39,497 bases of DNA from Mycobacterium sp. GTDB lineage: Bacteria > Actinomycetota > Actinomycetes > Mycobacteriales > Mycobacteriaceae. Of this stretch, positions 26,954 through 36,325 are shown in pieces. The position numbers and the translations under genes were made by a program. Numbering within the stretch: position 1 is the stretch's first letter; each line of letters opens with the position of its first letter. The notes below the pieces were generated by a model, which saw only the letters and a program-made list of their open reading frames with translations, was not told the DNA's origin and did no database searches. Where the stretch lies: assembly GCF_049280035.1 (NCBI RefSeq), contig NZ_JBAPPI010000211.1, positions 1 through 39,497 on the forward strand, written 5' to 3'.

Positions 26954-27390
26954 GCCGGCGCGCCGATCAACTCAATTAGTACGCCGTCGGGTGCGGTGAT
27001 GACCGCCATCGGTACCGTCGCGCCGGCCGGTGCGGGCACACTGATGCGACGCACGTCGTCGGTGAAACCCAAAGCGGCCAAGCCGGACAGCGTCGCATCG
27101 ACGTCACGCTGCAGCGAGAGCAGGAAGAATCCGTGCCGGGGGTGCGGCGTCGGGGCCGCCGCGTCGTCAGCTCCCTCGAAGACCACGAGTTCGACGATCC
27201 CGGTGTCCGGGTTTTGCGGATCGCCCAGGAATATCGACCGCAGCTGATCGGAGTGAGCCCCGAAGAGCTTCGGCCAGTCACCGCGGAACGTGTGGTCGAA
27301 CAGCTCGGTGAATCCCAGCCCGTCTCGCCAGAATCTCAACGACCGGTCGACATCGGCGGTGCAGATTGCCGCATGATGAACACCCAACAC
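26950..27390 (-). CDS. VOC/glyoxalase family protein
   Basis: HHAAICTADVDRSLRFWRDGLG, IVELV, APDGVLIELI. Confidence 0.88.
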   Translation of the reverse strand: MLGVHHAAICTADVDRSLRFWRDGLGFTELFDHTFRGDWPKLFGAHSDQLRSIFLGDPQNPDTGIVELVVFEGADDAAAPTPHPRHGFFLLSLQRDVDATLSGLAALGFTDDVRRISVPAPAGATVPMAVITAPDGVLIELIGAPA

Positions 27391-27483
27391 AGGCCTGCTC
27401 CCGCATCCTCAGCGCGCAAAAGTCACGATGGTGCGAGTCTAGGAGTAGAGCCGACGCGCGGAGCGAGGATTCGAGCCGCTAGG

Positions 27484-27972
27484 TCAGGGCGCCAGCTGGA
27501 ATTGGAAGTCCACAGTCTTTGACATCCCGGATGGATTGCCGCAGGCGGGCTGAATACCGGTTTCTTGGATCGTGCCCGTGAGGGTGTTCGGGTCCAACGT
27601 GCGGTGGGCAGCAATGGCGTTGGGAACCCTGGTACCGTCCGGGCATTCTGCCTCATCGGTGGTGTCCATCACCCATTGGCCATTCACCAAATTATACTGC
27701 CCCAACGGCGGTCCGCCGGGGGAGTGAGCTGCTGAGATGCATCCGTCACCGCAGGGAGTGAAGTACCAGTCGTTGGTGACCGGATGACCCTCGATCATGA
27801 GCGGCTGACCGGTTTTTGCGTTTATCTGAGTCCCTATGTAGTGGCCGTTCGTCTCGAAGTCAGCGGGAAACGGTGCAGGGCCGGGCGGTCCCCATGCGCC
27901 GGCGGGAGCGGCTAGTCCGAGAGCAAGACCGGCGAGAAAACCGGTTGCGGTGATGCACCGTGCGACAGCCAT
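27484..27972 (-). CDS. Secreted mycobacterial protein of unknown function with paired cysteines (Rv2253-like)
   Basis: Strong RBS AGGAGG, signal peptide ending APAGA, and W.FTPCGDGC / CPDG / PACG motifs. Confidence 0.65.
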   Translation of the reverse strand: MAVARCITATGFLAGLALGLAAPAGAWGPPGPAPFPADFETNGHYIGTQINAKTGQPLMIEGHPVTNDWYFTPCGDGCISAAHSPGGPPLGQYNLVNGQWVMDTTDEAECPDGTRVPNAIAAHRTLDPNTLTGTIQETGIQPACGNPSGMSKTVDFQFQLAP

Positions 27973-28116
27973 GACCTTAATTCCTCCTACGAAGCCGTAA
28001 AGGATATCCCTACCGGTGGGTCTATCACGGGAGATCCTCAGATTGGTAGTTATTTGGCATTTCTGCCTGACGGTGTTCCTGATCAAGGGCCTGTGTTTGC
28101 CCACTGTTAACCATAT

Positions 28117-29352
28117 TCAGTGGAATTGATAGCGAACCGGGAGGTGTTTGAGTCCACCGACGAAGGTGGTTGCGGTGTGTTGCGGAGCCCCGGTCAACTC
28201 AATGGATTTCACCCGCGGCAACAGCTCGGTGAAAAAGCTGTTGACCTCCATGCGGGCCAGCGCTGCCCCCAGGCAGAAGTGCACACCACAGCCGAATGCC
28301 AAGTGTTTGTTCGGATCGCGGCCAACGTCGAAGCGGAACGGATCGGTGAAGACATCCTCGTCGCGATTCGCCGAAACGTAGGACAACAGCACCGACTCCC
28401 CTGCCGCGATCGGAACGCCGCGCACGGTGGTGTCTTCGGCGGCGGTGCGCATGAATTCCTTGACCGGGGTGACCCATCGGATCATCTCTTCAGTGGCCAG
28501 CGGCATCAGGTCGAGATTGTCTCGCAACCGGTCCAGCTGGTCCGGGTTCTCGACGAGCGCATGCAGGCCGCCGGAGATCGTCGCGCTGGTGGTGTCGTGG
28601 CCGGCGGTTGCGACGATGAGGTAATAGGACACCGTGTCGATGTCGGACAGCGGCTCACCGTCGATGCGGGCGTTGGCTATAGCGGATGCGAGGTCGTCGG
28701 TCGGGTCTGCACGACGCGCGGCGGTGACGCCATTGAAGTACTGAAACATGTCGAGCAACGCTGGCAGCTGATCCTCGTTGGAGCTGCCGCGTTTGAACTC
28801 GCTGTCGTCGCTGCCGAATAGCTCCTGGGTGAGCTTGAGCATTCGGGGAAAGTCTGACTCGGGGATCCCCAACAGCGACATGATCACGTAGAGCGGGTAA
28901 TTGACCGCGACCTCCTGGACGAAATCGCATTCGGGGCCCACCGCCATCATCTTGTCGACGTAAATCTTGGCCAGCTCATCGACGCGAACCTTCAGCGCTC
29001 GCATCGCCTTTGGAAGAAACCAGTCCGCGCCGATTGCCCGTACCACCCGATGCTGGGGGTCGTCCAGGTGGATCAGTGTGCGCACACCGGCGGCGGCCTG
29101 CAGCTCGTCGCCCTCCGTCGTCGTCAGGACCGGGCGGGGCCAGTTGCTGAACAGTACGTTGTCGCGCTCGATGTCCATGATGTCGGCATGCTTGGTAATC
29201 GCCCAGAACGGCCGGTAATTCGGCACCTCGACCCAGGACACCGGGGCGTTGGCACGCAGATGAGCCAGCGCCGCATGCAACTTCGGCTCGTCGGCATACG
29301 CCAGCGGATCGGCCAGGACCTTGGCAGCTTCATCCATCGTCGGCGTGCTCAT
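28117..29352 (-). CDS. Cytochrome P450, CYP108-like
   Basis: PFWAITKHADI, TLIHLDDPQH, VATAGHDTT, EEMIRW, SANRDE, HLAFGCGVHFCLG, TFVGGLKHLP. The family call is from recalled similarity only. Start MSTPTM at 29352. Confidence 0.9.
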   Translation of the reverse strand: MSTPTMDEAAKVLADPLAYADEPKLHAALAHLRANAPVSWVEVPNYRPFWAITKHADIMDIERDNVLFSNWPRPVLTTTEGDELQAAAGVRTLIHLDDPQHRVVRAIGADWFLPKAMRALKVRVDELAKIYVDKMMAVGPECDFVQEVAVNYPLYVIMSLLGIPESDFPRMLKLTQELFGSDDSEFKRGSSNEDQLPALLDMFQYFNGVTAARRADPTDDLASAIANARIDGEPLSDIDTVSYYLIVATAGHDTTSATISGGLHALVENPDQLDRLRDNLDLMPLATEEMIRWVTPVKEFMRTAAEDTTVRGVPIAAGESVLLSYVSANRDEDVFTDPFRFDVGRDPNKHLAFGCGVHFCLGAALARMEVNSFFTELLPRVKSIELTGAPQHTATTFVGGLKHLPVRYQFH

Positions 29353-30394
29353 CGGCAGCTCCTTGCTGACGCAACTCTTGTAGTACGGCGGTGATCGTGG
29401 TCTTGGAAGCGGTGCGCGGAAACGACGGCATGACCCGGTCGATGACGCCGTCGCAGCGATCTTGGAGCGCAGCTGCGAGCGCGTCGTACGTCGCGACGAC
29501 CGCGAAGGCGTCCAGGATCTCGTCGTCAATCAGCGCGCCCATGGCATCCCATTCGCCCTGCAGTGAAAGTCGATGTAGCTCCGTCGCGACGTCCCCCCAA
29601 CCGTGCAGTTCGAGGACCTTGCGGTAGGCCGGCGTTGACCCGTAGAAGGCAATTTGCTTGCGGACACCGGCCGCACCGAGCGTCAATTCGGCCTCATCGC
29701 TGCCGGTCACCACGAACACCGGGCAGGCCACCTGGAATTTGCGCCGATCGCGGCCAGAACTCCGCAGGCCACGATGCACCGCAGGCAACGTCACCTCATG
29801 CAAATAGCGCCGGGTGGTGAACGCATGGGCCAGTAGGCCGTCGGCGACCTCGCCGCACATCTCGGTCATCGATTCGCCGACTGCGGCGATGAAGATCTTG
29901 GGCACCGAAAACGGTTGCGGCTCAGGGGTGAACATCGGCGTCATCAGCTTGTGCGTGTAGAACTCGCCCTCGAACCGCAGCCTGGTGCCGTCCTTCCATG
30001 CCGACCAGATCGCGTGCAGCGCTTGCACGAACTCGCGCATCCGGGCCACCGGATGACTCCAGGGCATACTGAAGCGCTTCTCGATGTGCGGCTTGATCTG
30101 GGTGCCCAGGCCAAGGATGAAGCGGCCCTGCGAGTAGGTCTGCAGGTCCCAACCGAGGTTGGCGACGATCATGGGGTTGCGCGCGAACGCCACCGCGATA
30201 CTGGTGCCGAGTTCGAGTCGCGTGGTGTGTTCAGCGGCCAGCAGCAGCGGCAGAAACGGATCGTGGTTGATTTCGCCGGTCCAGCAGGCGTCGTAGCCCT
30301 GTTGCTCGAGGGCGCCCGCCAACTCCGGCACGCGGGCGAGGTCGGTGAAAATGCCGCCGTCGACCTTGAGGCCCGACGCAATGGTGGCGGTCAT
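29330..30394 (-). CDS. LLM-class F420-dependent oxidoreductase (TIGR03617-like)
   Basis: EINHDPFLPL, GTSIAVAFARNPM, LGLGTQIKPHIEKRFSMPW, QIAFYGSTPAY. Confidence 0.9.
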   Translation of the reverse strand: MTATIASGLKVDGGIFTDLARVPELAGALEQQGYDACWTGEINHDPFLPLLLAAEHTTRLELGTSIAVAFARNPMIVANLGWDLQTYSQGRFILGLGTQIKPHIEKRFSMPWSHPVARMREFVQALHAIWSAWKDGTRLRFEGEFYTHKLMTPMFTPEPQPFSVPKIFIAAVGESMTEMCGEVADGLLAHAFTTRRYLHEVTLPAVHRGLRSSGRDRRKFQVACPVFVVTGSDEAELTLGAAGVRKQIAFYGSTPAYRKVLELHGWGDVATELHRLSLQGEWDAMGALIDDEILDAFAVVATYDALAAALQDRCDGVIDRVMPSFPRTASKTTITAVLQELRQQGAADEHADDG

Positions 30395-30446
30395 CCGCGC
30401 GCGCTCCCCCGCAGCTGGGAGCACTCAGGCGTCATACTTGAAAAGC

Positions 30447-30465
30447 TACAGTAAGCTATTCGGTA
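30447..30465. promoter_or_regulatory. Candidate operator TACAG-TAAGCTATT-CGGTA
   Basis: Copy of the 19-bp motif, extending to CTAC...GTAG, upstream of the LLM/P450 unit. Confidence 0.6.
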
Positions 30466-30511
30466 GGGTCAACGTCGACTCCGGCGTGGCGCAAAAGCCC
30501 TGCGACATCAG

Positions 30512-30964
30512 CTACTTCATCGGGATGCGGGCGTTGTCCCAGGTCAGGATTCTGCCGTCCGGCACGAAGCGCAGAAACACCTGCTTGGCGTAGTAGGCCT
30601 GAGCCGCCGCCGGCAAGCTGGCAGTAGGCGGGCGAAACGCCGCGTACTTGTCGTTGACAGCAGCCTCGATTCGGGACATGGTCGGGGCATCCTCGACCAC
30701 TTGGACATGTCCGGTGAGATGGACGGCGCGTAGCTCGGTGTACCGCTCCCCCGACTCGACCAGGAAAGACGCCCGTGGATCATGCCGGACGCGGGTGATT
30801 TTCTTGGTGCCAGCCGGGGTCATCATCGCGATGCTGCGATCGTCGACCACAAACCACACCGGCAACGCAATCGGCATACCGTCGCGGCGAAGGGTTGTCA
30901 GAATTCCGGTATGCGCCGATTCGACGGCTTCCCATGCCTCGTCCACCGTCAGCCGGATCGTCAT
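30512..30964 (-). CDS. Pyridoxamine-5'-phosphate-oxidase-like (split beta-barrel, FDOR/F420-type) protein
   Basis: GILTTLRRDGMP, PVWF, KITRVRHDPRASFLVESG, TWDNAR. An alternative start lies at 30991. Confidence 0.85.
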   Translation of the reverse strand: MTIRLTVDEAWEAVESAHTGILTTLRRDGMPIALPVWFVVDDRSIAMMTPAGTKKITRVRHDPRASFLVESGERYTELRAVHLTGHVQVVEDAPTMSRIEAAVNDKYAAFRPPTASLPAAAQAYYAKQVFLRFVPDGRILTWDNARIPMK

Positions 30965-31023
30965 CGCGCCACTCCGTCTCCGTGTCGTCATGCGGCCGGT
31001 GGCCGTCCTCCTCCCGCAGACGC

Positions 31024-31042
31024 TACAGTAAGCACTTCAGTA
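31024..31042. promoter_or_regulatory. Candidate operator TACAG-TAAGCACTT-CAGTA
   Basis: Copy of the 19-bp motif in the divergent PPOX/carboxyltransferase region. Confidence 0.6.
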
Positions 31043-31071
31043 CGTGACGGCCGACGAGTGAGGACATGGCC

Positions 31072-32568
31072 ATGACGAACTCCGCCGACTGGCAGGAAAC
31101 GCTCGACGACCTCGACCGTCGCCGCCAGCGCACCCGGGCGCTGGGCGGTGCGGAGCGGCTTGCCAAACACCGCGGCAAGGGCAAGCTCGATGCGCGGGCA
31201 CGGATCGACCACCTCCTAGACCCGGGGACATTTCGCGAAATCGGCACCATGGTCGGCGGTGAGATCGCCGCCGACGGGATCATCGTCGGCTCCGGCTTGA
31301 TCAACGGCTCTCCGGTGATGCTCGGTGCCGAGGACTTCACCACGATGGCCGGCAGCATCGGGCCGGGCGGCAACTCCAAGCGCTACCGGATCGCCGAACT
31401 GGCGCTGCGCGACAAGATTCCGCTAGTGATGCTGCTCGAAGGCGCCGGCTTTCGTCCCACCGGCGGACACTATGGGCGCAGCCCGACCGACCTGCTCGCC
31501 CAGGCGCAGTGCTCAGGTCGGGTGCCGACCGTCGCCGCGGTCCTGGGCCCGTCGGCCGGACACGGCGCATTGGTGGCCCCGGTGTGTGACTTCCGGATCA
31601 TGAGCCGGCAAGGCGCCATCTTCACCGCCGGGCCTCCTGTGGTCAAAGAGTCGACCGGAGAAGACATCTCGAAGGAGGACCTCGGCGGACCGGATGTCGC
31701 ACTGCCCAGCGGGGTGATCCATAACGTCGCCGAGGACGACGAAACCGTGCTGGACGACGTCCGCCGCTACCTGTCATACTTCCCGCCCAGCGCGTGGTCG
31801 TACCCGTCGTCGCTGCCGCCCGACGACACAAGCGAACCGCGGCAGACACCGGAGCTGCTCGACATCGTCTCCCGCGACAACCGCCGCATCTACGACATCC
31901 GCGCCGTGCTCGACGTGATCTTCGACCGACCCGACTGGTTCGAGGTGCAGCCGCAGTTCGGCAAGGCGATCATCTGCGCGCTGGCTCATCTGGGCGGCCA
32001 CCCGGTCGCGGTGGTGGCCAACCAGCCGCAGGTGCTGGCCGGCTCCATCGATGCCGACGCCGCAGACAAGGCGGCGCACTTCATCATGGTGGCCGATTCG
32101 TTCCACCTGCCGATCGTCTTTCTCGCCGACAATCCGGGCATGCTGCCCGGCAGCCGGTCCGAGCGCAGCGGCGTATTGCGTGCCGGGGCGCGCATGTTTG
32201 CCGCCCAGACCGCGGTCACCACGTTGAAGCTGCACCTCACCCTGCGCAAGGCGTATGGGTTCGGCTCGATGGTGATGTCGCTGCTGAGTTTCGACCACCA
32301 GGTCGCGACCCTCGCCTACCCCGGCGCGACGATGGGCGCGATGAGCGCGGCAGCGCTGAGCAAGGCATCGCACGCGGGCGAGGACCTCTCGGCCAAGCTG
32401 CGCGATGCCGAGCTGCAAGCGTCCTACCGGTCGGCCGAACACATGGGCTTCGACGAACTCATCGATCCCCGCGAAACCCGTGACGCGCTGCGGGCTTCCC
32501 TGCAACGAGGCCTGTCGAGTCGGCAAGCCGCCGCCGAGCCGGTCAGCCGGACCGTCATCATGCCCTGA
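31072..32568 (+). CDS. Acyl-CoA carboxylase carboxyltransferase (beta) family protein
   Basis: GKLDARARI, EDFTTMAGS, AGPPVVK, EDLGG, VANQP, ADKAAHF, DNPGMLPG, LRKAYG, IDPRETR. An alternative start lies at 31066. Confidence 0.9.
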   Translation: MTNSADWQETLDDLDRRRQRTRALGGAERLAKHRGKGKLDARARIDHLLDPGTFREIGTMVGGEIAADGIIVGSGLINGSPVMLGAEDFTTMAGSIGPGGNSKRYRIAELALRDKIPLVMLLEGAGFRPTGGHYGRSPTDLLAQAQCSGRVPTVAAVLGPSAGHGALVAPVCDFRIMSRQGAIFTAGPPVVKESTGEDISKEDLGGPDVALPSGVIHNVAEDDETVLDDVRRYLSYFPPSAWSYPSSLPPDDTSEPRQTPELLDIVSRDNRRIYDIRAVLDVIFDRPDWFEVQPQFGKAIICALAHLGGHPVAVVANQPQVLAGSIDADAADKAAHFIMVADSFHLPIVFLADNPGMLPGSRSERSGVLRAGARMFAAQTAVTTLKLHLTLRKAYGFGSMVMSLLSFDHQVATLAYPGATMGAMSAAALSKASHAGEDLSAKLRDAELQASYRSAEHMGFDELIDPRETRDALRASLQRGLSSRQAAAEPVSRTVIMP

Positions 32569-32571
32569 GGG

Positions 32572-33417
32572 TCAGCAGACGTAATTCTCGCCGCTCGCGC
32601 GTACCGTCACGTCGCTGATGTTGATTCCCCACGGCTGGTCAATGACATGTACCACCGCGTTTGCCAGGTCATCGGGAGTGATCAGCCAGTACTCCACTGA
32701 GTCCACGTCCGTCTGCTCGGGTCGAAGGGCTCCGGTCTGCAAGTTGCCGGCATTCTCGAGGAACTGGGCGCCTTTCTGCCCGACGATGCCGATGATCGCC
32801 GCTTCGTTGACGACCCCGCCGGCGAGATTGGTTCCAAGGACACCGGTCGGCTTGACCGTGGTCACCTTGATCCTGCCTTGGGCCTCGACCCGCAACGAAT
32901 CCGAGATCACATCGACTGCCGCCTTGGTCGCGCTGTAGACACCGGAGCCTTCGGTCCCGGCGTTGCCGTAGATGGACGAAATGTTGACGACCTGGCCGCG
33001 GCCCTGCGTGATCATCGTGTCGTAGAAGGCTGAGATGCCGTTCACGACACCTTTGATGTTGATATCGATTGCCTTGTGCCATTTCTCCCATGCGCGTTCG
33101 TGATCGGCAAAGAACGCCAGCGGCATCACGCCGGCGTTGTTCACCATCACGTCGATGCGACCGTAAGTGTCGACGGCGTGTTGGCCCGCCGCCTGGACCT
33201 GGGCCATGTCGGCGACGTCCGCGATATGGGTGGTCCCTTCGAAGCCAGCGGCCCGGATGCCTTCGAAGACCTCGTTCAAGCCTTCGACGTTGACGTCCAC
33301 GCCGACCACGTTCGCGCCACCGGCGGCACACTTTTCCGAAATCAGCCTGCCGAACCCGCTTGCTGCGCCGGTCACGATAATGACCTTTTCCTTTACGTAC
33401 TTCAGGTACTCCGACAT
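32572..33417 (-). CDS. Short-chain dehydrogenase/reductase
   Basis: VTGAASGFG, MVNNAGVMP, NISS, YSATK. Confidence 0.9.
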   Translation of the reverse strand: MSEYLKYVKEKVIIVTGAASGFGRLISEKCAAGGANVVGVDVNVEGLNEVFEGIRAAGFEGTTHIADVADMAQVQAAGQHAVDTYGRIDVMVNNAGVMPLAFFADHERAWEKWHKAIDINIKGVVNGISAFYDTMITQGRGQVVNISSIYGNAGTEGSGVYSATKAAVDVISDSLRVEAQGRIKVTTVKPTGVLGTNLAGGVVNEAAIIGIVGQKGAQFLENAGNLQTGALRPEQTDVDSVEYWLITPDDLANAVVHVIDQPWGINISDVTVRASGENYVC

Positions 33418-33428
33418 AGCTTTTCTTA

Positions 33429-34469
33429 TCAGGTCGCTGGATAGGCCGCGACGATGGGCTCGAGCTCATCGGGCGTGGCGCCGTGCATGATCACCGCGTC
33501 GGCGCCGTAGCCGAATTCCTTGCGGATGCGAGCCACGCACTGCTCGGCCGACCCGGTGGCCGACGGTTCCAGCCATTCGTCGGGAATCAACGTGGCGATG
33601 TGTTCGATCTGCTCGTGGCTGGCCTTGTGATCGATCCCGCCGGCGATCGACGTCACCACGGAGTCCTCCCGAAAGCGTTGCAGCACGGCAGGATCCCAGT
33701 CGTTAGTCCGCACCATCAGGTCGCCGTAGCCCTGTAGATAGGTGGCCAGCCGTGCGACGGTTTTCTTCAGCCGCAGCTGTTCGGGAAGGTGATCACCTAC
33801 CGTCGCGAAGCACGACCACACCCGTACGCTATCCGGGTCACGGCCCGCTTCTTCCGCGGCTGCTTTGACGGTTTTGACGCAGCGCTGCAACGTCTCCGGG
33901 GTGAAGTAGATGTGCAGGATGACGTCGTCGAAAACGCGGCCGCCGAGCGCAAGCGTGTTGGGCGCGAAAGCCACCAGCGCCAGTCGGATGTCTTCGTTGA
34001 AATCGGGGTCGAGAAACAGAATGGGGTACTGACCCATCGGCCCGTCGTGGTTGACGATCACCTCGCCGCGCCACAGCCGGCGCATGACCTGGGCCCAATC
34101 CTCCATCTGTGCAGTCGTCACCGCAGGGATGCCGAATGCCCCGTAGATCGCGGCGATGCCGCGGCCGATACCCAAAGTGAACCGGCCGCCGGAAAGCCGA
34201 TGCATGGTGGTCGCCCACGATCCGGTGATCAGCGGGTGACGGGTGTTGTGATTGGTTGCCGCAGTGGCGATCTGCATCCGGCTAGTCACCGCGCACGCGG
34301 CACCGACCAAAGACGACGCTTCTTTGACGTTCCAGCGCTCGGAGATGAACGCGGTCCCGAAGCCCAACTCCTCGCCGCGGCGAGCCTCGTCCATCAAGGT
34401 TGCCGGGCCCTCGCCGCCGGCCCCAGCCAGCAGGTAGTAGCCCAATTCGTCAAGCGTGCGATCGCTCAA
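33429..34469 (-). CDS. LLM-class F420-dependent oxidoreductase (TIGR03857-like)
   Basis: FISERWNVKEA, TAATNHNTRHP, GRFTLGIGRG, VIMHGATP. The TTG start overlaps the upstream stop. Confidence 0.88.
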   Translation of the reverse strand: MSDRTLDELGYYLLAGAGGEGPATLMDEARRGEELGFGTAFISERWNVKEASSLVGAACAVTSRMQIATAATNHNTRHPLITGSWATTMHRLSGGRFTLGIGRGIAAIYGAFGIPAVTTAQMEDWAQVMRRLWRGEVIVNHDGPMGQYPILFLDPDFNEDIRLALVAFAPNTLALGGRVFDDVILHIYFTPETLQRCVKTVKAAAEEAGRDPDSVRVWSCFATVGDHLPEQLRLKKTVARLATYLQGYGDLMVRTNDWDPAVLQRFREDSVVTSIAGGIDHKASHEQIEHIATLIPDEWLEPSATGSAEQCVARIRKEFGYGADAVIMHGATPDELEPIVAAYPAT

Positions 34470-35593
34470 TTGACAACTCCTTGCAGGAATCGTTCGGTGA
34501 CCTTTTGCACCCGCCGGGAGAACACGTGCCCGACATGGCCGCCGTCATACCAGTACAACTGGCCGGCCCAACGTTCCTGCAATGCGATTGCCGGCTCGCG
34601 CATCGCCATCCGGTCATGCCACGCCCCCACGATGAGCCGCCGCTGCGGCGGTGGTGCCGGATCAACGGCCAGCGGATCGATCACGGAGGTCAGCCTCGAG
34701 ACCACCGAGGACTGCAGCAGCTCCCGGTATCCGTCGCGTGAAGAACCCCACCGCCCGAGGTGTCGCGCGATCATCGCGTTCAGCCCAAGAATCGGGGTGT
34801 ACAGCGCAACCGCGTCGACCCGCCTCTCCAGGTGGGAGACCAGCGCGGCCACCGGGGTGCCCATCGAAATCCCCGACACCACAACGGCGGTGGCCTGCGA
34901 CTGAGCCCAGCGCACCACGGCGCGCACCTCCGACACCGCACGCATCATGCCGGCCACATTGCCCAGTGGATCCATGTCCGGGTAGACCGGCCACTGGCCG
35001 CGTCGGGAACCGTGGCCGGGTTGCACGGGCATCGCGACGTTGAATCCCAGCCCGCGATGCACTCGGTCGATCCGCGAAAACAATATGTCGTCGGCGCGTC
35101 CCTGGCCGGCGCCGTGCACCCATATCAGCCACGGCCTCGGGCCGTCGCGGTGCTGGAGCAGGTGAACAACCGCCCGCGCCGGGCCACCCAAACCGTCGGC
35201 TTCCAGTGTCTTCGGTAGCGCCGGGTCATGTTCGAATGTCATCCGCTCGTAGACCAGCCCGCCTATGCGCTGGCGTCGTACCGCCTGCACCCGCAACGGT
35301 TGTGGTTCGGCATGCGCCCGGTCGATACCCAGGGCCGACAATTCTTCGGCCGCCGCTTCGCAAGCACTCAACGGCCGCAACGCCGCTGGGCCACCACCCA
35401 GCAACGAAAACCCGGACAGCACAAGTTCGTCCAGCATCACCTCGCCGAACTGACGCACGCCACGTGGCGACACCGGGACCCACCCGGTCGATTCGTTGAG
35501 ACCGGCTACCGTACGCGGTAAAACCATGCCCAGCTCGCGGGCCAGGTCGCGAGTGAGGCCAAGACTGCGCGTCGCCAATGACATGCCGCTCAC
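34466..35593 (-). CDS. Alpha/beta hydrolase family protein
   Basis: WVHGAG, PGHGSRR, nucleophile SGISMG, HDRM (acid), GGHV (base). Confidence 0.82.
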   Translation of the reverse strand: MSGMSLATRSLGLTRDLARELGMVLPRTVAGLNESTGWVPVSPRGVRQFGEVMLDELVLSGFSLLGGGPAALRPLSACEAAAEELSALGIDRAHAEPQPLRVQAVRRQRIGGLVYERMTFEHDPALPKTLEADGLGGPARAVVHLLQHRDGPRPWLIWVHGAGQGRADDILFSRIDRVHRGLGFNVAMPVQPGHGSRRGQWPVYPDMDPLGNVAGMMRAVSEVRAVVRWAQSQATAVVVSGISMGTPVAALVSHLERRVDAVALYTPILGLNAMIARHLGRWGSSRDGYRELLQSSVVSRLTSVIDPLAVDPAPPPQRRLIVGAWHDRMAMREPAIALQERWAGQLYWYDGGHVGHVFSRRVQKVTERFLQGVVN

Positions 35594-35863
35594 CTAAGCC
35601 AACTTAAAACCGGTGTATGCGCTGACCGCGATTTCGTCGCAGCGGCGTCGGTATTCGGGGATTCCGCCGGTATAGTCCATGCTTTCGATGTCACAGCGAG
35701 CGCCGGGGTAACGATTATATGGCCAAGTGCCGCCGACGTTTTCGGTCATTTCCAGCACGCGGGTCCGCGGTCCAAGCTGCCACAGCCGACGCCGCGCATA
35801 CAGGCCGGACAAACCGGCGCCGATGACCAGCACGTCGAACGACGCGTCGGCTTCAGTCGGCAT
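35594..35863 (-). pseudogene. Baeyer-Villiger monooxygenase remnant (N-terminus fused in frame to the C-terminus)
   Basis: Residues 1-64 are a BVMO N-terminus (DVLVIGAGLSG, VGGTW..NRYPGARCDIES). Residues 64-89 are a BVMO C-terminus (YTGGIPEYRRRCDEIA..YTGF). The BVMO fingerprint and NADP-binding domain are absent. Confidence 0.88.
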
Positions 35864-36296
35864 CGCTACCGGTTATCTTCAGGATGGTTCGGGTCAGATG
35901 CAGGGTTTTGATCCGCCAGGTGCCGTCCTGCTTCTCGTAGGTCTCGCGGTAGTGACCGGCCCCGTGTAACTCCTGCCCGCCGCCGAAGATGACCCAGTCT
36001 TCCATCGCCCAGATGCCGGTTGCGGTGATGGGTGAAGTGAGGGTGATCTCGGGGGTGTGGCAATGGTGCATGGTGGCGGCGTTCTCCAGGCTGGCCATCA
36101 CAGTTGGCACGAAGTTGTCGACGCCTTCGACTGGCGCTGCCGTCTTCGGATCGGCCCCGCCGGTGGAAACCGCCATGTCCAGCTTGACCACTACATCGGG
36201 GGTGAACACGCTGCGCCAGGACTCGACGTCCTTGGCGTCGAGAAAGCGGCAGTAACGCGCCTTCAACTGCCGAATCGCTTCAAGATCGTCAGCCAC
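35853..36296 (-). CDS. NTF2/SnoaL_4-like protein (BaiE/LinA/scytalone dehydratase-like)
   Basis: EAIRQLKARYCRFLDAKD, TMHHCHTPEI, ATGIWAMED, GAGHY.ETY, WRIK...LTR. GTG start behind GAGGAGG. Confidence 0.88.
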   Translation of the reverse strand: MADDLEAIRQLKARYCRFLDAKDVESWRSVFTPDVVVKLDMAVSTGGADPKTAAPVEGVDNFVPTVMASLENAATMHHCHTPEITLTSPITATGIWAMEDWVIFGGGQELHGAGHYRETYEKQDGTWRIKTLHLTRTILKITGSDAD

Positions 36297-36325
36297 CCTG
36301 TTACGCCTCCTCAACCTGAAATCTA

